From assembly GCA_041172285.1 (NCBI GenBank), contig JBEDKJ010000021.1, forward strand, positions 5,093 to 69,092: a stretch of DNA of 64,000 nucleotides, given 5' to 3'. Within the stretch, counting starts at the first letter, position 1. Each line of letters opens with the position of its first letter. This DNA comes from Pseudomonadota bacterium (GTDB lineage Bacteria > Pseudomonadota > Gammaproteobacteria > Burkholderiales > Methylophilaceae). A program made the translations under genes and the position numbers. Below, in pieces: positions 19,245 to 27,916 of this stretch. Below the pieces are notes generated by a model, which did not search any database, had not been told where the DNA came from, and worked only from the letters and a program-made list of their open reading frames with translations.

Positions 19245-20099
19245 TTAAATTTTGAGGCTAAGGTTATCAATAAGTCGGGTCGTGCCTAATTTTGCGGCGG
19301 CCAATACCACTAGATCGGTGTCGCCAGCGCTGGCCGCTTGCAAGTTACTGGCCGCGCGTATGGCCACGTAATCCACTTGCCAGCCTTGTTGTTGCAGATT
19401 CAATGCGGCAGCTTGCTCTAAGCTTGAAAAATTGGCGCGGTCGCCTTGTTGTTTAATTTGCTCACTCACGCTGACCAATTCAGCACGCAGTTGGCAGGCT
19501 TGGGCTTTTTCTGCGCTGCTTAAATAGCCGTTGCGCGAACTCATGGCCAAGCCACTGGGCTCGCGCACGGTGTCGGCGGCGAGGATGGTGATGGCTAAAT
19601 TTAACTGCTTAACCATTTCTCGAATGATGAACAGTTGCTGGTAGTCTTTTTTACCGAATACCGCCACCTGCGGCTGGACAAGGTTGAATAATTTAAGCAC
19701 CACGGTGGCCACCCCGGCAAAATGACCAGGCCGGCTGGCGCCGCATAAGTCGTTGGCCACGGCTGGCAATTGCACGGTGATGCTTTGCTTGAGGTCTTGC
19801 CCATCAAAGTCGGGGTACATTTCGGCTACGCTTGGGACAAACACGATGTCGGCACCGGCTGCTTGCAGTTTTTCGCAATCGGCGGCCAAGGTGCGCGGGT
19901 AGTTGGCCAAGTCTTCGTTGGCGCCAAACTGCAAGGGATTCACAAAAATACTGACCACAACGCATGCGGCCTGTTGTTTGGCTAGTTTGACTAAGTCCAA
20001 GTGGCCGGCATGCAAATTGCCCATGGTAGGCACCAAAGCGACCGAATTCTGCCCCTCAAGCGCATGGCGCAACTGGGCTATGCTGTCTAGGGTTTGCAT
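19245..20099 (-). CDS. panC: Pantoate--beta-alanine ligase
   Basis: VPTMGNLHAGH, SIFVNPLQF, RPGHFAGV, FGKKDYQQ, AMSSRN, RLIDN. Confidence 0.97.
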   Translation of the reverse strand: MQTLDSIAQLRHALEGQNSVALVPTMGNLHAGHLDLVKLAKQQAACVVVSIFVNPLQFGANEDLANYPRTLAADCEKLQAAGADIVFVPSVAEMYPDFDGQDLKQSITVQLPAVANDLCGASRPGHFAGVATVVLKLFNLVQPQVAVFGKKDYQQLFIIREMVKQLNLAITILAADTVREPSGLAMSSRNGYLSSAEKAQACQLRAELVSVSEQIKQQGDRANFSSLEQAAALNLQQQGWQVDYVAIRAASNLQAASAGDTDLVVLAAAKLGTTRLIDNLSLKI

Positions 20100-20911
20100 C
20101 AGTAACTGTGCTCGATAGCCGGAAAAGTTTTCTGTTTGACGGCCAGCACGTAATGGCGAATGGCGCTTTCTATGCTGTTGGTGTCGCGCAAGAAATTTTT
20201 AACAAAGCGCGGCACTTTAAAATCGCTGGGCGCTTTCGAGGCGACGCCAGTGTAAATGCCCAATAAGTCTTGTATGACTAACACTTGGCCATCGCAATCC
20301 ACTCCGGCGCCTATGCCTATGGTAGGGGTGCGTATGCTGGCGCTGATTTTTTTAGCCAAGGCGGCAGGCACCATTTCCAATACGATAAAACTCACGCCGG
20401 CTTCGCTCATGGCTTGGGCGTCAGCCGTAATTTTGGCGGCGCTTTCATCGGTTTTGCCTTGGATTTTATAGCCACCCAATTGGTTGACCGATTGCGGCGT
20501 AAAACCCAAATGGGCACAGACCGGTATGCCTCGTTCAACTAAATAGCGAGCGGTTTTCACTCGGCTGCCACCGCCTTCAATTTTGACGATGTGGGCACCG
20601 GAGCGTATTAACCATTCTGCATTTTTGTAAGCGGCCTCGTCATCGTGTTCGTAACTGCCCAATGGCATGTCCGCCATGATGACGGTATTTGGTGCGCCAG
20701 CGGCCACACTTTTGGTGTGGTAAGTCATGTGGTGCATGCTGACATTGAGGGTGTTTTCCGCGCCTTGCAAGACCATGCCCAAGGAGTCGCCAACCAAGAG
20801 TATGTCCACTCCAGCCACTTCCATGAGTTTGGCAAAAGTGGCGTCGTAGCATGTGAGCATGGCGATTTTTTCACCGCTAAGGGCTGATTTTTCCAGTTCG
20901 TTTAGTGTCAT
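20099..20911 (-). CDS. panB: 3-methyl-2-oxobutanoate hydroxymethyltransferase
   Basis: MLTCYDA, LVGDSLGM, KIEGG, HLGFTPQS, TIGIGAG. Confidence 0.97.
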   Translation of the reverse strand: MTLNELEKSALSGEKIAMLTCYDATFAKLMEVAGVDILLVGDSLGMVLQGAENTLNVSMHHMTYHTKSVAAGAPNTVIMADMPLGSYEHDDEAAYKNAEWLIRSGAHIVKIEGGGSRVKTARYLVERGIPVCAHLGFTPQSVNQLGGYKIQGKTDESAAKITADAQAMSEAGVSFIVLEMVPAALAKKISASIRTPTIGIGAGVDCDGQVLVIQDLLGIYTGVASKAPSDFKVPRFVKNFLRDTNSIESAIRHYVLAVKQKTFPAIEHSY

Positions 20912-20929
20912 GCTTGACTGGCCTGGGAA

Positions 20930-21577
20930 TTAATCAAAGTTGGGATTAAAGAACTCGCGCTGCCCTTTAATCTGCAAAATGCGTGACAGCAATAAATCCA
21001 ATGCGCCTGGGTTGTTTAAGATGTTGAGTTTTTCGTTGTTCACCATCAGCACCGGCGAGGTGTTGTAGTTATGAAAAAACTCACTGTAGGCATTGGCCAA
21101 GCCTTCAATGTAGTCGCGGCGAATTTCCAATTCGTAACTGACGTTGCGCGATTCGATGCGATCCATCAGCGCGTCCACCGGGGTTTGAAGGTAGATCACC
21201 AAATCCGGTTTGGGTGCTTTCAACTGCAGGTGATGGTAAATTTGGTGGTACAGCGCGTATTCTTCGTCGTTTAAATTTAAGCGGGCAAAGATCGGGTCTT
21301 TGTCCAAAAAGAAGTCGGCGACGATGGGCCTGGCAAACATGTCGCGTTGGTTTAAGTCGGCAATTTGGTTGGCGCGTTGGAATAAAAAGAACAGCTGCGT
21401 GGGCAAGGCATAACGCTGCGGGTCTTGGTAAAAGCGCGGTAAAAATGGATTGGCTTGGGCTTTTTCTGACAAATAATCGACCGGGAACTGATCGGCTAGC
21501 ATTTTCGCCAAGGTGGTTTTGCCGCAGCCTATCGGTCCTTCTATGACGATGTATGGGAATTTGTTAAAAATACTCAT
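20930..21577 (-). CDS. Deoxynucleoside kinase family protein
   Basis: IEGPIGCGKTT, NPFLPRFY, TQLFFLFQR, PDLVIYL; usual position between folK and panB. Confidence 0.88.
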   Translation of the reverse strand: MSIFNKFPYIVIEGPIGCGKTTLAKMLADQFPVDYLSEKAQANPFLPRFYQDPQRYALPTQLFFLFQRANQIADLNQRDMFARPIVADFFLDKDPIFARLNLNDEEYALYHQIYHHLQLKAPKPDLVIYLQTPVDALMDRIESRNVSYELEIRRDYIEGLANAYSEFFHNYNTSPVLMVNNEKLNILNNPGALDLLLSRILQIKGQREFFNPNFD

Positions 21578-21583
21578 GTGAGG

Positions 21584-22078
21584 TTAACCCTGCCGTTTTA
21601 TACCCGTAAATGGTTGTTGCGCGATCAATGTTGCTATTTTGCCATGATTTGGGATGGTTGCATGCGGGTCTATTTCAAATAATGGCAATAAAACAAAGCC
21701 GCGCTGGTGCATGCGCGGATGGGGCAGGGTCAACGTGCTGTCGTTGATAATCAGGTCATCGTAGAGCAGCAAGTCGCAATCAAGCACGCGCGGTGCATTG
21801 ACATAAGGGCGTTGGCGGCCGGCCTCATCTTCGATGGCATGCAGCGCCATTAGCAAGGCGTGCGGGCTTAAAGTGGTGCTCACCATTAGCACGGCATTAA
21901 TGAAATTGGGCACAGGCGTTGCCTCGCGTTCGGGGCAATCCACCGGTGATGTTTCATACAGGGAGGATAGCTTGATGAGCTGGCATTCCGGCAAGGCGGC
22001 GATGGCCAGTGCCGCCGCTTGCACTTGTTGCGCCGGACCCTCAAGATTGCTGCCCAGTGCGATGTAAGCCTTAGCCAT
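21584..22078 (-). CDS. folK: 2-amino-4-hydroxy-6-hydroxymethyldihydropteridine diphosphokinase
   Basis: AYIALGSNL, PRVLDCDLL, LPHPRMHQRGFVLLPL. Confidence 0.95.
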   Translation of the reverse strand: MAKAYIALGSNLEGPAQQVQAAALAIAALPECQLIKLSSLYETSPVDCPEREATPVPNFINAVLMVSTTLSPHALLMALHAIEDEAGRQRPYVNAPRVLDCDLLLYDDLIINDSTLTLPHPRMHQRGFVLLPLFEIDPHATIPNHGKIATLIAQQPFTGIKRQG

Positions 22079-22107
22079 GCTTGAATTGCTCAAAACCTAA
22101 ACCGGAT

Positions 22108-23544
22108 TTAGTCGACGACGTTAGGCGTGGCCGCGGGTTTTTTACGGTTTCGTCTGCGGCGCTTTTTCGGCGCGCTGTCGGCCATTAACATGGCGCTTCG
22201 TGCTTCGCCCTCGGCGTTAGCAAAGGCCGTCCACCACTCGCCTAATTCCATGGGCAATTCGCCCGATTCACAGCGCAGCAATAAGAAGTCGTAGCCGGCG
22301 CGGTAACGCGGGTGGGTTAGTAAAGCGAACGGTCGCTTGCCAGCGCGTTGTTCAAAGCGCGGTTGCATGGCCCAGATTTCTTTCATGGTGGCCGTGTAAC
22401 GGTTGTGTATGGCCAATTTTTCAGCTTGGCTGGCTATCACCTCATTCATGGCTAGGTGCAGGGCAGGCATTAAGTGCTGACCGGATTTTTTATGCACTTC
22501 CCATGCCACTATCATTTCATGCCAAAGCAAGCAGGCGAATAAAAAGCTGGGGTTAGCCGATTTGCCAGCCAGAATGCGCTGGTCGGTGTTTTGTAAGGCC
22601 ATGGTGATGAAACGCTCGCCCATGGCTTGCTCGAGCACCACGTCCAGCATAGGCAGTAAACCGTGGTGCAATTGTTGCTCACGCAAGGCGGCTAAGCTCT
22701 GCATGGCATGGCCAGAGAGAAACAACTTAAGCATTTCATCAAACAAACGGCTGGGTGGCACATCGGCTAATGAGTCGGCCATTTTTGCAATTGGCGCTTG
22801 CGTTTGCGCGTCAATCTTCAAGCCCAATTTGGCCGACAGTCGCACGGCACGCAACATGCGCACCGGGTCTTCGGCGTAGCGCGTTTCTGGCTTGCCTATC
22901 ATGCGCAGTATGCCGGCTTTGATGTCGGCGTACCCGTTGTGGAAATCCAATACCTCTTGGCTGGCTGGGTTGTAATACAAGGCGTTGGCGGTAAAGTCAC
23001 GGCGCAAGGCGTCGTCTACGATGGAGCCAAACACGTTGTCACGTATGATGCGGCCGGAGTCACTGACTTTGGCGTCGCCCTCGGCTTCCAAGTGGCTGCC
23101 GCGAAAGGTCGATACCTCTATGGTTTCGTCACCAAATAAAACGTGCACCAACCTAAAGCGCTTGCCAATCAGGCGTGAGCGGCGGAACAGGCGATTGACT
23201 TGCTCGGGCGTGGCATTGGTGGCCACGTCAAAGTCTTTGGGCGTGCGATTGAGCAGCAAGTCACGCACGGCGCCACCGACGATGTAGGCTTCATAGCCGG
23301 CTTTGTGCAAGCCTTCTGTGGTTTTTAGGGCGGCATTGCTGAGTAAATTGCGGTCTATTTTATGCGTTTTATGGGCAATGATTAAAGCGCCATGGTGCGG
23401 CAGATCGGGCTGCTTATGGGTATTTTTGGCCGTTAATTTTGAGCGCTGGTGGGCTTTGTGTGTCGGGTTAACGGTGGTGCTGGCATGCGCAAGGGATTTA
23501 GCGGATTTGCTGTTAAAAATTCGGTCTAGCAGTTTTTTAATCAT
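22108..23544 (-). CDS. pcnB: Poly(A) polymerase I
   Basis: VGGAVRDLL, KDFDVAT, LIGKRFRLVHV (PAP-specific motif), RRDFT, EDPVRMLRA, basic tail. Confidence 0.95.
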   Translation of the reverse strand: MIKKLLDRIFNSKSAKSLAHASTTVNPTHKAHQRSKLTAKNTHKQPDLPHHGALIIAHKTHKIDRNLLSNAALKTTEGLHKAGYEAYIVGGAVRDLLLNRTPKDFDVATNATPEQVNRLFRRSRLIGKRFRLVHVLFGDETIEVSTFRGSHLEAEGDAKVSDSGRIIRDNVFGSIVDDALRRDFTANALYYNPASQEVLDFHNGYADIKAGILRMIGKPETRYAEDPVRMLRAVRLSAKLGLKIDAQTQAPIAKMADSLADVPPSRLFDEMLKLFLSGHAMQSLAALREQQLHHGLLPMLDVVLEQAMGERFITMALQNTDQRILAGKSANPSFLFACLLWHEMIVAWEVHKKSGQHLMPALHLAMNEVIASQAEKLAIHNRYTATMKEIWAMQPRFEQRAGKRPFALLTHPRYRAGYDFLLLRCESGELPMELGEWWTAFANAEGEARSAMLMADSAPKKRRRRNRKKPAATPNVVD

Positions 23545-23564
23545 GACCCGATTATAGCTTAAAA

Positions 23565-24113
23565 TCAGCCGGCTTTATTTTCCCACATGACGTCGGGCCT
23601 GCCGGCTTGTTTGTTAATGCTGCGGCACATGACGAACAATAAATCCGATAATCGGTTCAAGTATTGCAAGGAAATGTCGGTGACTTTTTCGTTTCTATGC
23701 AACTCGACCAGCTTGCGCTCGGCACGGCGGCAGACAGTGCGAGCCAAGTGGCAATAAGCGGCGGCTTTGCTACCGCCAGGCAAAATGAATTCTTTAAGTG
23801 GCGTTAGGTGCTCGTTTAGGGCGTCAATTTGGTCTTCTAAATCTTGTATGCGCGTTTGTTGCAAGATGACGTAACCGGGTATGCAGATTTCACCGCCTAC
23901 ATTGAATAAATCGTGTTGGATTTGCGTGAGCGGACCGACCAGATTATCCGGCAAGTTCTCGGTGAGCATGATGCCTATGATGGAATTGAGTTCATCCACG
24001 TCACCCATGGCTTCCACGCGCAAGCTGTCTTTGTTGATGCGACTGCCGTCGCCCAAGCCGGTGGTGCCATCGTCACCGGTACGCGTGTAAATTTTACTCA
24101 GTCTGTTTGCCAT
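23565..24113 (-). CDS. PduO-type ATP:cob(I)alamin adenosyltransferase
   Basis: KIYTRTGDDGTT, GDVDELNS, FILPGG, RTVCRRAER, YLNRLSD. Start trimmed to MANRL. Confidence 0.92.
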   Translation of the reverse strand: MANRLSKIYTRTGDDGTTGLGDGSRINKDSLRVEAMGDVDELNSIIGIMLTENLPDNLVGPLTQIQHDLFNVGGEICIPGYVILQQTRIQDLEDQIDALNEHLTPLKEFILPGGSKAAAYCHLARTVCRRAERKLVELHRNEKVTDISLQYLNRLSDLLFVMCRSINKQAGRPDVMWENKAG

Positions 24114-24185
24114 GGTGCGGCTCCTTGCCAGCTTGCATTTGCAATCGTTTATAATGTGCTCATTGTAACTGATGACAACCAAGCC

Positions 24186-25007
24186 ATGAATGCAACTCAA
24201 CACATTGCTAGCAAAAAAGCGCAAGCCAGCGATCCCATAGGCGTGTTTGATTCTGGGGTGGGTGGCCTGTCTGTGTTGAAGCACATACAAGATTTGTTGC
24301 CTAATGAGCAGTTACGCTACGTGGCCGACAGCCGCTACGCTCCTTATGGGAATAAAAGTGTGGAGGCGATTCAGGCGCGCTGTTTTAGCCTAGCCGATTT
24401 TTTAATTGCCCAAGGCGCTAAAGTGCTGGTGGTGGCATGCAACACGGCCACGGCCGCTGCCATTGATGCCATGCGCGAACGCTACACGCTGCCGATTATT
24501 GGGATGGAGCCAGCCGTGAAACCGGCGGCCGAAGCCAGTCAAAATGGCATCATAGGCATATTGGCTACCGTGGGCACACTAAAAAGTGCGCAGTTTGCCG
24601 CCTTGTTGGAGAGTTACGGCCGCAATGTGGACGTGGTTACCCAAGCCTGCCCGGGCTTGGTTGAGTGCATAGAGCGCGGTGAAGTGGACAGCCCGGCCAC
24701 GCGCGACTTGATTGAACAATTTTGTGCGCCTTTATTGGTTGAAGGCGCCGACACCATCGTGTTGGGCTGCACCCATTACCCCTTTGTGCGGGCATTGATT
24801 AAGGATGTGGTGGGTCCCAAGGTTAGTTTGGTGGATACCGGCGCAGCGGTTGCCAAGCAAGTGAAGAACCGTTTAATCGACAGCGGCTTATTGGCAACGA
24901 GCCAGGCACCAGGGGCTGTGCGTTTTTGGACTAACAGCGCGGCAGCGGAAGCGCCGGCGGTGATTGCCCGTTTATGGGGGCAAGCGGCTGAGGTGCGTGT
25001 TTTTTAG
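24186..25007 (+). CDS. murI: Glutamate racemase
   Basis: FDSGVGGLSV, PYG, VACNTAT, VLGCTHYP. Start trimmed to MNATQ. Confidence 0.96.
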   Translation: MNATQHIASKKAQASDPIGVFDSGVGGLSVLKHIQDLLPNEQLRYVADSRYAPYGNKSVEAIQARCFSLADFLIAQGAKVLVVACNTATAAAIDAMRERYTLPIIGMEPAVKPAAEASQNGIIGILATVGTLKSAQFAALLESYGRNVDVVTQACPGLVECIERGEVDSPATRDLIEQFCAPLLVEGADTIVLGCTHYPFVRALIKDVVGPKVSLVDTGAAVAKQVKNRLIDSGLLATSQAPGAVRFWTNSAAAEAPAVIARLWGQAAEVRVF

Positions 25008-25492
25008 CTGCGCTGAGCGCTTTTGTCGGCGGGGATTTCAGTCACGGTATAGCCGTCGGTAGCGGCGGCGCGCATTTCAAAAAGATACGGATCGTCTTCG
25101 GCTAATGGGTCATTTTTTTCGGTGAACATGGCGTCATTTTGGAGTGGCACCGGAAAGCGCCAATAAATTTTATCGACTTTTTCTCCGGTAATGCGGGCGA
25201 TGTGGCCGATTAGGTTGCTTTCCAATATATTGGAAAAGCGAAAGCGTTTTAAAGGCGCCGATTCTATCTGCACGTGCGTCTGTTTGCTGATGGGGTCTTG
25301 CGAGCAGGAGACCAGCACTTCCACGCCGGTGTTGAGGAAATACTCGGTGACAAAATCGATGATCTTGGCTTGTGCCAAGGCCTGCTTTTTCTTGGCGGCA
25401 TACACCACTAGGACAAAGGCACACAAAGCCAATAAATTGGCGCTGAGGGCATACCAAGCCACCGAATCCAAACTAAACGTCAAAGTAAACAT
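25004..25492 (-). CDS. Hypothetical membrane-anchored protein
   Basis: AAGGA SD upstream; one N-terminal TM segment followed by KKK; no family recognised. Confidence 0.65.
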   Translation of the reverse strand: MFTLTFSLDSVAWYALSANLLALCAFVLVVYAAKKKQALAQAKIIDFVTEYFLNTGVEVLVSCSQDPISKQTHVQIESAPLKRFRFSNILESNLIGHIARITGEKVDKIYWRFPVPLQNDAMFTEKNDPLAEDDPYLFEMRAAATDGYTVTEIPADKSAQRS

Positions 25493-25524
25493 GGCTGTCC
25501 TTAAGGAGTCGGGCGGCTGTTAAC

Positions 25525-25713
25525 TTAATGGTGCGCCACCACTTCACCGGCTTTTAATTGGTATTGCGTGCCGCAGTAAGGGCAGGCGACCTGCCCAGTT
25601 TTGGCTACGTCCAAGAAAACCCGTGGGTGCGACGACCACAATGCCACCTCGGCCGTAGGGCAATGCAGCGGTAAGTCTTGGGCTGAGACGATGATGGGTT
25701 TTTGCTTGGTCAT
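25525..25713 (-). CDS. zf-CHCC zinc-finger protein
   Basis: LPLHCP...WSSHPRVFL...CPYCG; usual neighbour of ilvE in Betaproteobacteria. Confidence 0.85.
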   Translation of the reverse strand: MTKQKPIIVSAQDLPLHCPTAEVALWSSHPRVFLDVAKTGQVACPYCGTQYQLKAGEVVAHH

Positions 25714-25721
25714 GGCGTGGT

Positions 25722-26654
25722 TTAAACCAAGGTTAACCAATCGGCATGCTTGGCCGATTTGCCGGTCACGGCATCGAAGTACATTTTCTGCAATTGTTTA
25801 GTGATAGGGCCGGCTGTGCCTGAGCCTATGCTGCGTCTGTCTAGTTCACGGATAGGCGTCACTTCGGCGGCGGTGCCGGTGAAGAAGGCCTCGTCAGCCG
25901 AGTAAACTTCATCGCGGGTGATGCGTTTTTCTATGACGCTTAAGCCTATTTCTGCGGCCAACTGCAAGATGGTGTCACGGGTGATGCCTTCTAGCGCGCT
26001 AGTGAGATCTGGTGTGTAGAGTTTGCCGTTGCGTATGATGAAGATGTTCTCGCCCGAACCTTCGGCGACAAACCCGTCTACGTCTAATAATAGGGCTTCA
26101 TCGTAACCGTCTAGTGCTGCTTCTTGGTGGGCCAGGATGCTGTTCATGTAGTTGCCGTTGGCTTTGGCTTTACACATGGTGATGTTGACGTGGTGACGGG
26201 AGAAAGAAGACGTTTTAACGCGTATGCCATTATCCAAGGCATCTTGGCCCATGTAGGCGCCCCATTTCCAAGCCGCTACGATCACATGCGTGGATAAGGT
26301 TTTGGCTGAGATGCCCATGGCTTCGGCACCGTAAAATGCCATGGGGCGCATGTAGGCCGATTCCAAATTGTTTTCTCTGACGGCAGCTTTTTGCGCTTCC
26401 ATCATTTCCTCTTTGCTGTAAGGCATTTTCATTTGCAAAATGTGTGCGCTGCGAAACAAGCGATCGGTGTGTTCTTTCAGGCGGAAAATGGCCGTGCCCT
26501 TGTCGGTTTTGTAAGCGCGTACGCCTTCAAATACGCCCATGCCGTAATGCAAGGTATGCGTTAAAACGTGGGTGGTGGCATCGCGCCAGTTAACCATTTT
26601 GCCGTCATACCAAATTACGCCATCGCGGTCTGCCATTGAGGTTGGAATTGCCAT
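25722..26654 (-). CDS. ilvE: Branched-chain amino acid aminotransferase
   Basis: LHYGMGVFEG, AKANGNY, EGSGEN, LEGITR, FTGTAAEVTP. Confidence 0.97.
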   Translation of the reverse strand: MAIPTSMADRDGVIWYDGKMVNWRDATTHVLTHTLHYGMGVFEGVRAYKTDKGTAIFRLKEHTDRLFRSAHILQMKMPYSKEEMMEAQKAAVRENNLESAYMRPMAFYGAEAMGISAKTLSTHVIVAAWKWGAYMGQDALDNGIRVKTSSFSRHHVNITMCKAKANGNYMNSILAHQEAALDGYDEALLLDVDGFVAEGSGENIFIIRNGKLYTPDLTSALEGITRDTILQLAAEIGLSVIEKRITRDEVYSADEAFFTGTAAEVTPIRELDRRSIGSGTAGPITKQLQKMYFDAVTGKSAKHADWLTLV

Positions 26655-26787
26655 GTTGCTGCCTTATAAACGAATTTTGTAAAAGCCTTATTGTAAACTA
26701 AAGGCCGTAATTCTTGTCGCATGTTAAAATCAAATTCACTTAAAAACACAGATTTTACTTAATTTAATTCATACACAAGGGCTCTTC

Positions 26788-27363
26788 ATGCGTCAGTTCA
26801 TCTTAGTTTTTCTTCTTGCTGTATTGGCCGCTTGTCAGCCATCTGGCCCTGGCAAGCAATTGGTCGCGACCGACATCACGGGCGCCGATTTTGGTCATGA
26901 ATTGAGTTTAACCGATCACCAGGGTCAGTCGCGCAGCTTGGCTGAATTTAAAGGCAAAGCGGTGGTGCTGTTTTTTGGCTACACGCATTGCCCGGACGTT
27001 TGCCCGACCACCATGATAGACCTGAAGCAAACCATGAAATTATTAGGCCCGCGCGCCAATGAAGTGCAGGTACTGTTTGTCACCTTGGATCCAGAGCGTG
27101 ACACGCAAGAAGTGTTAGCGCAATTTGTGCCGTCTTTTGATGCACGTTTTATCGGCTTGCGCGGCGACGAGTCGGCGACCAAGTTGGTGCAGGCTAATTT
27201 TAAAATTTACGCTAAAAAAGTCGAAGTGAAAGGCAAAAGCACTTACACGCTAGACCACAGTGCAGGCATGTATGTGTTTGATAAAAAAGGCAAGATTCGA
27301 TTGTATGTGGATTACGGAGAAAAGCCGGCCGACATTGCCAACGACATTCTGCAGGTGCTTTAG
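26788..27363 (+). CDS. SCO1/SenC family copper chaperone lipoprotein
   Basis: Lipobox LAAC; FGYTHCPDVCP, DPERD, YTLDHS. Confidence 0.92.
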   Translation: MRQFILVFLLAVLAACQPSGPGKQLVATDITGADFGHELSLTDHQGQSRSLAEFKGKAVVLFFGYTHCPDVCPTTMIDLKQTMKLLGPRANEVQVLFVTLDPERDTQEVLAQFVPSFDARFIGLRGDESATKLVQANFKIYAKKVEVKGKSTYTLDHSAGMYVFDKKGKIRLYVDYGEKPADIANDILQVL

Positions 27364-27800
27364 GCGGGTTTTAGGTTTAGTCCCGCTTGTAATTTGGCCT
27401 GGCATTTAGCGTCAAACTTTTCCCTATGAATGCTATGCCGTTCGTGGCTGCCGCTGGCAATCAAATCCACGCCGTCGTGCGCCTGCACAGCGAAGACCAA
27501 TTTTCTCCCTTCCACTGCTAACAATTCCACGGTCGCGGTCACTGTCATGCCCACCGGCGTGGCAGCCAAATGGCTGACGTTGATGTGCGTGCCCACGGTT
27601 TGCTCTTGGGGGCCATCCAAATGGGGCTTGATGGCCAAGATGCAGGCCCATTCTAAAAAACCCACTAGGTAGCCGGTGGCAAACACTTCGGGCATGCCTA
27701 AAAAGTCGGCTGATTCTGGGTAGATGGCCGGCACGGTTTTGGCCCGGCTCACCACGAAGCTATGTTGGTAGCGTAGGCCGACGATTAAGCTGTCTTTCAT
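27360..27800 (-). CDS. Hotdog-fold thioesterase, fluoroacetyl-CoA thioesterase (FlK)-like
   Basis: YPES, EVFATG, EWAC, VGTHINVSHLAATP, HDGVD, GSHER. Confidence 0.85.
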   Translation of the reverse strand: MKDSLIVGLRYQHSFVVSRAKTVPAIYPESADFLGMPEVFATGYLVGFLEWACILAIKPHLDGPQEQTVGTHINVSHLAATPVGMTVTATVELLAVEGRKLVFAVQAHDGVDLIASGSHERHSIHREKFDAKCQAKLQAGLNLKPA

Positions 27801-27831
27801 GCTGAGCTTCCTTTCGCAATGCGCATTTAAG

Positions 27832-27857
27832 AAAAAGGCCAGCCCGAAGGCCAGCCT
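27832..27857 (-). terminator. Rho-independent terminator of hppA
   Basis: Minus strand GGCTGGCC-TTCG-GGCTGGCC-TTTTT (UUCG loop, two G-U pairs). Confidence 0.75.
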
Positions 27858-27916
27858 ATTCTTTATCGCCTAATTGGGCCCAAGCGAGTTAAAAGTTCGC
27901 CTAGACGCCGTATCGC

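Noticed and set aside
23913-24290. Apparent long head-to-head overlap of murI and the PduO-type gene
   Set aside because: Artefact of longest-ORF calling. The conserved starts are 24186 (+) and 24113 (-), leaving a normal divergent gap.
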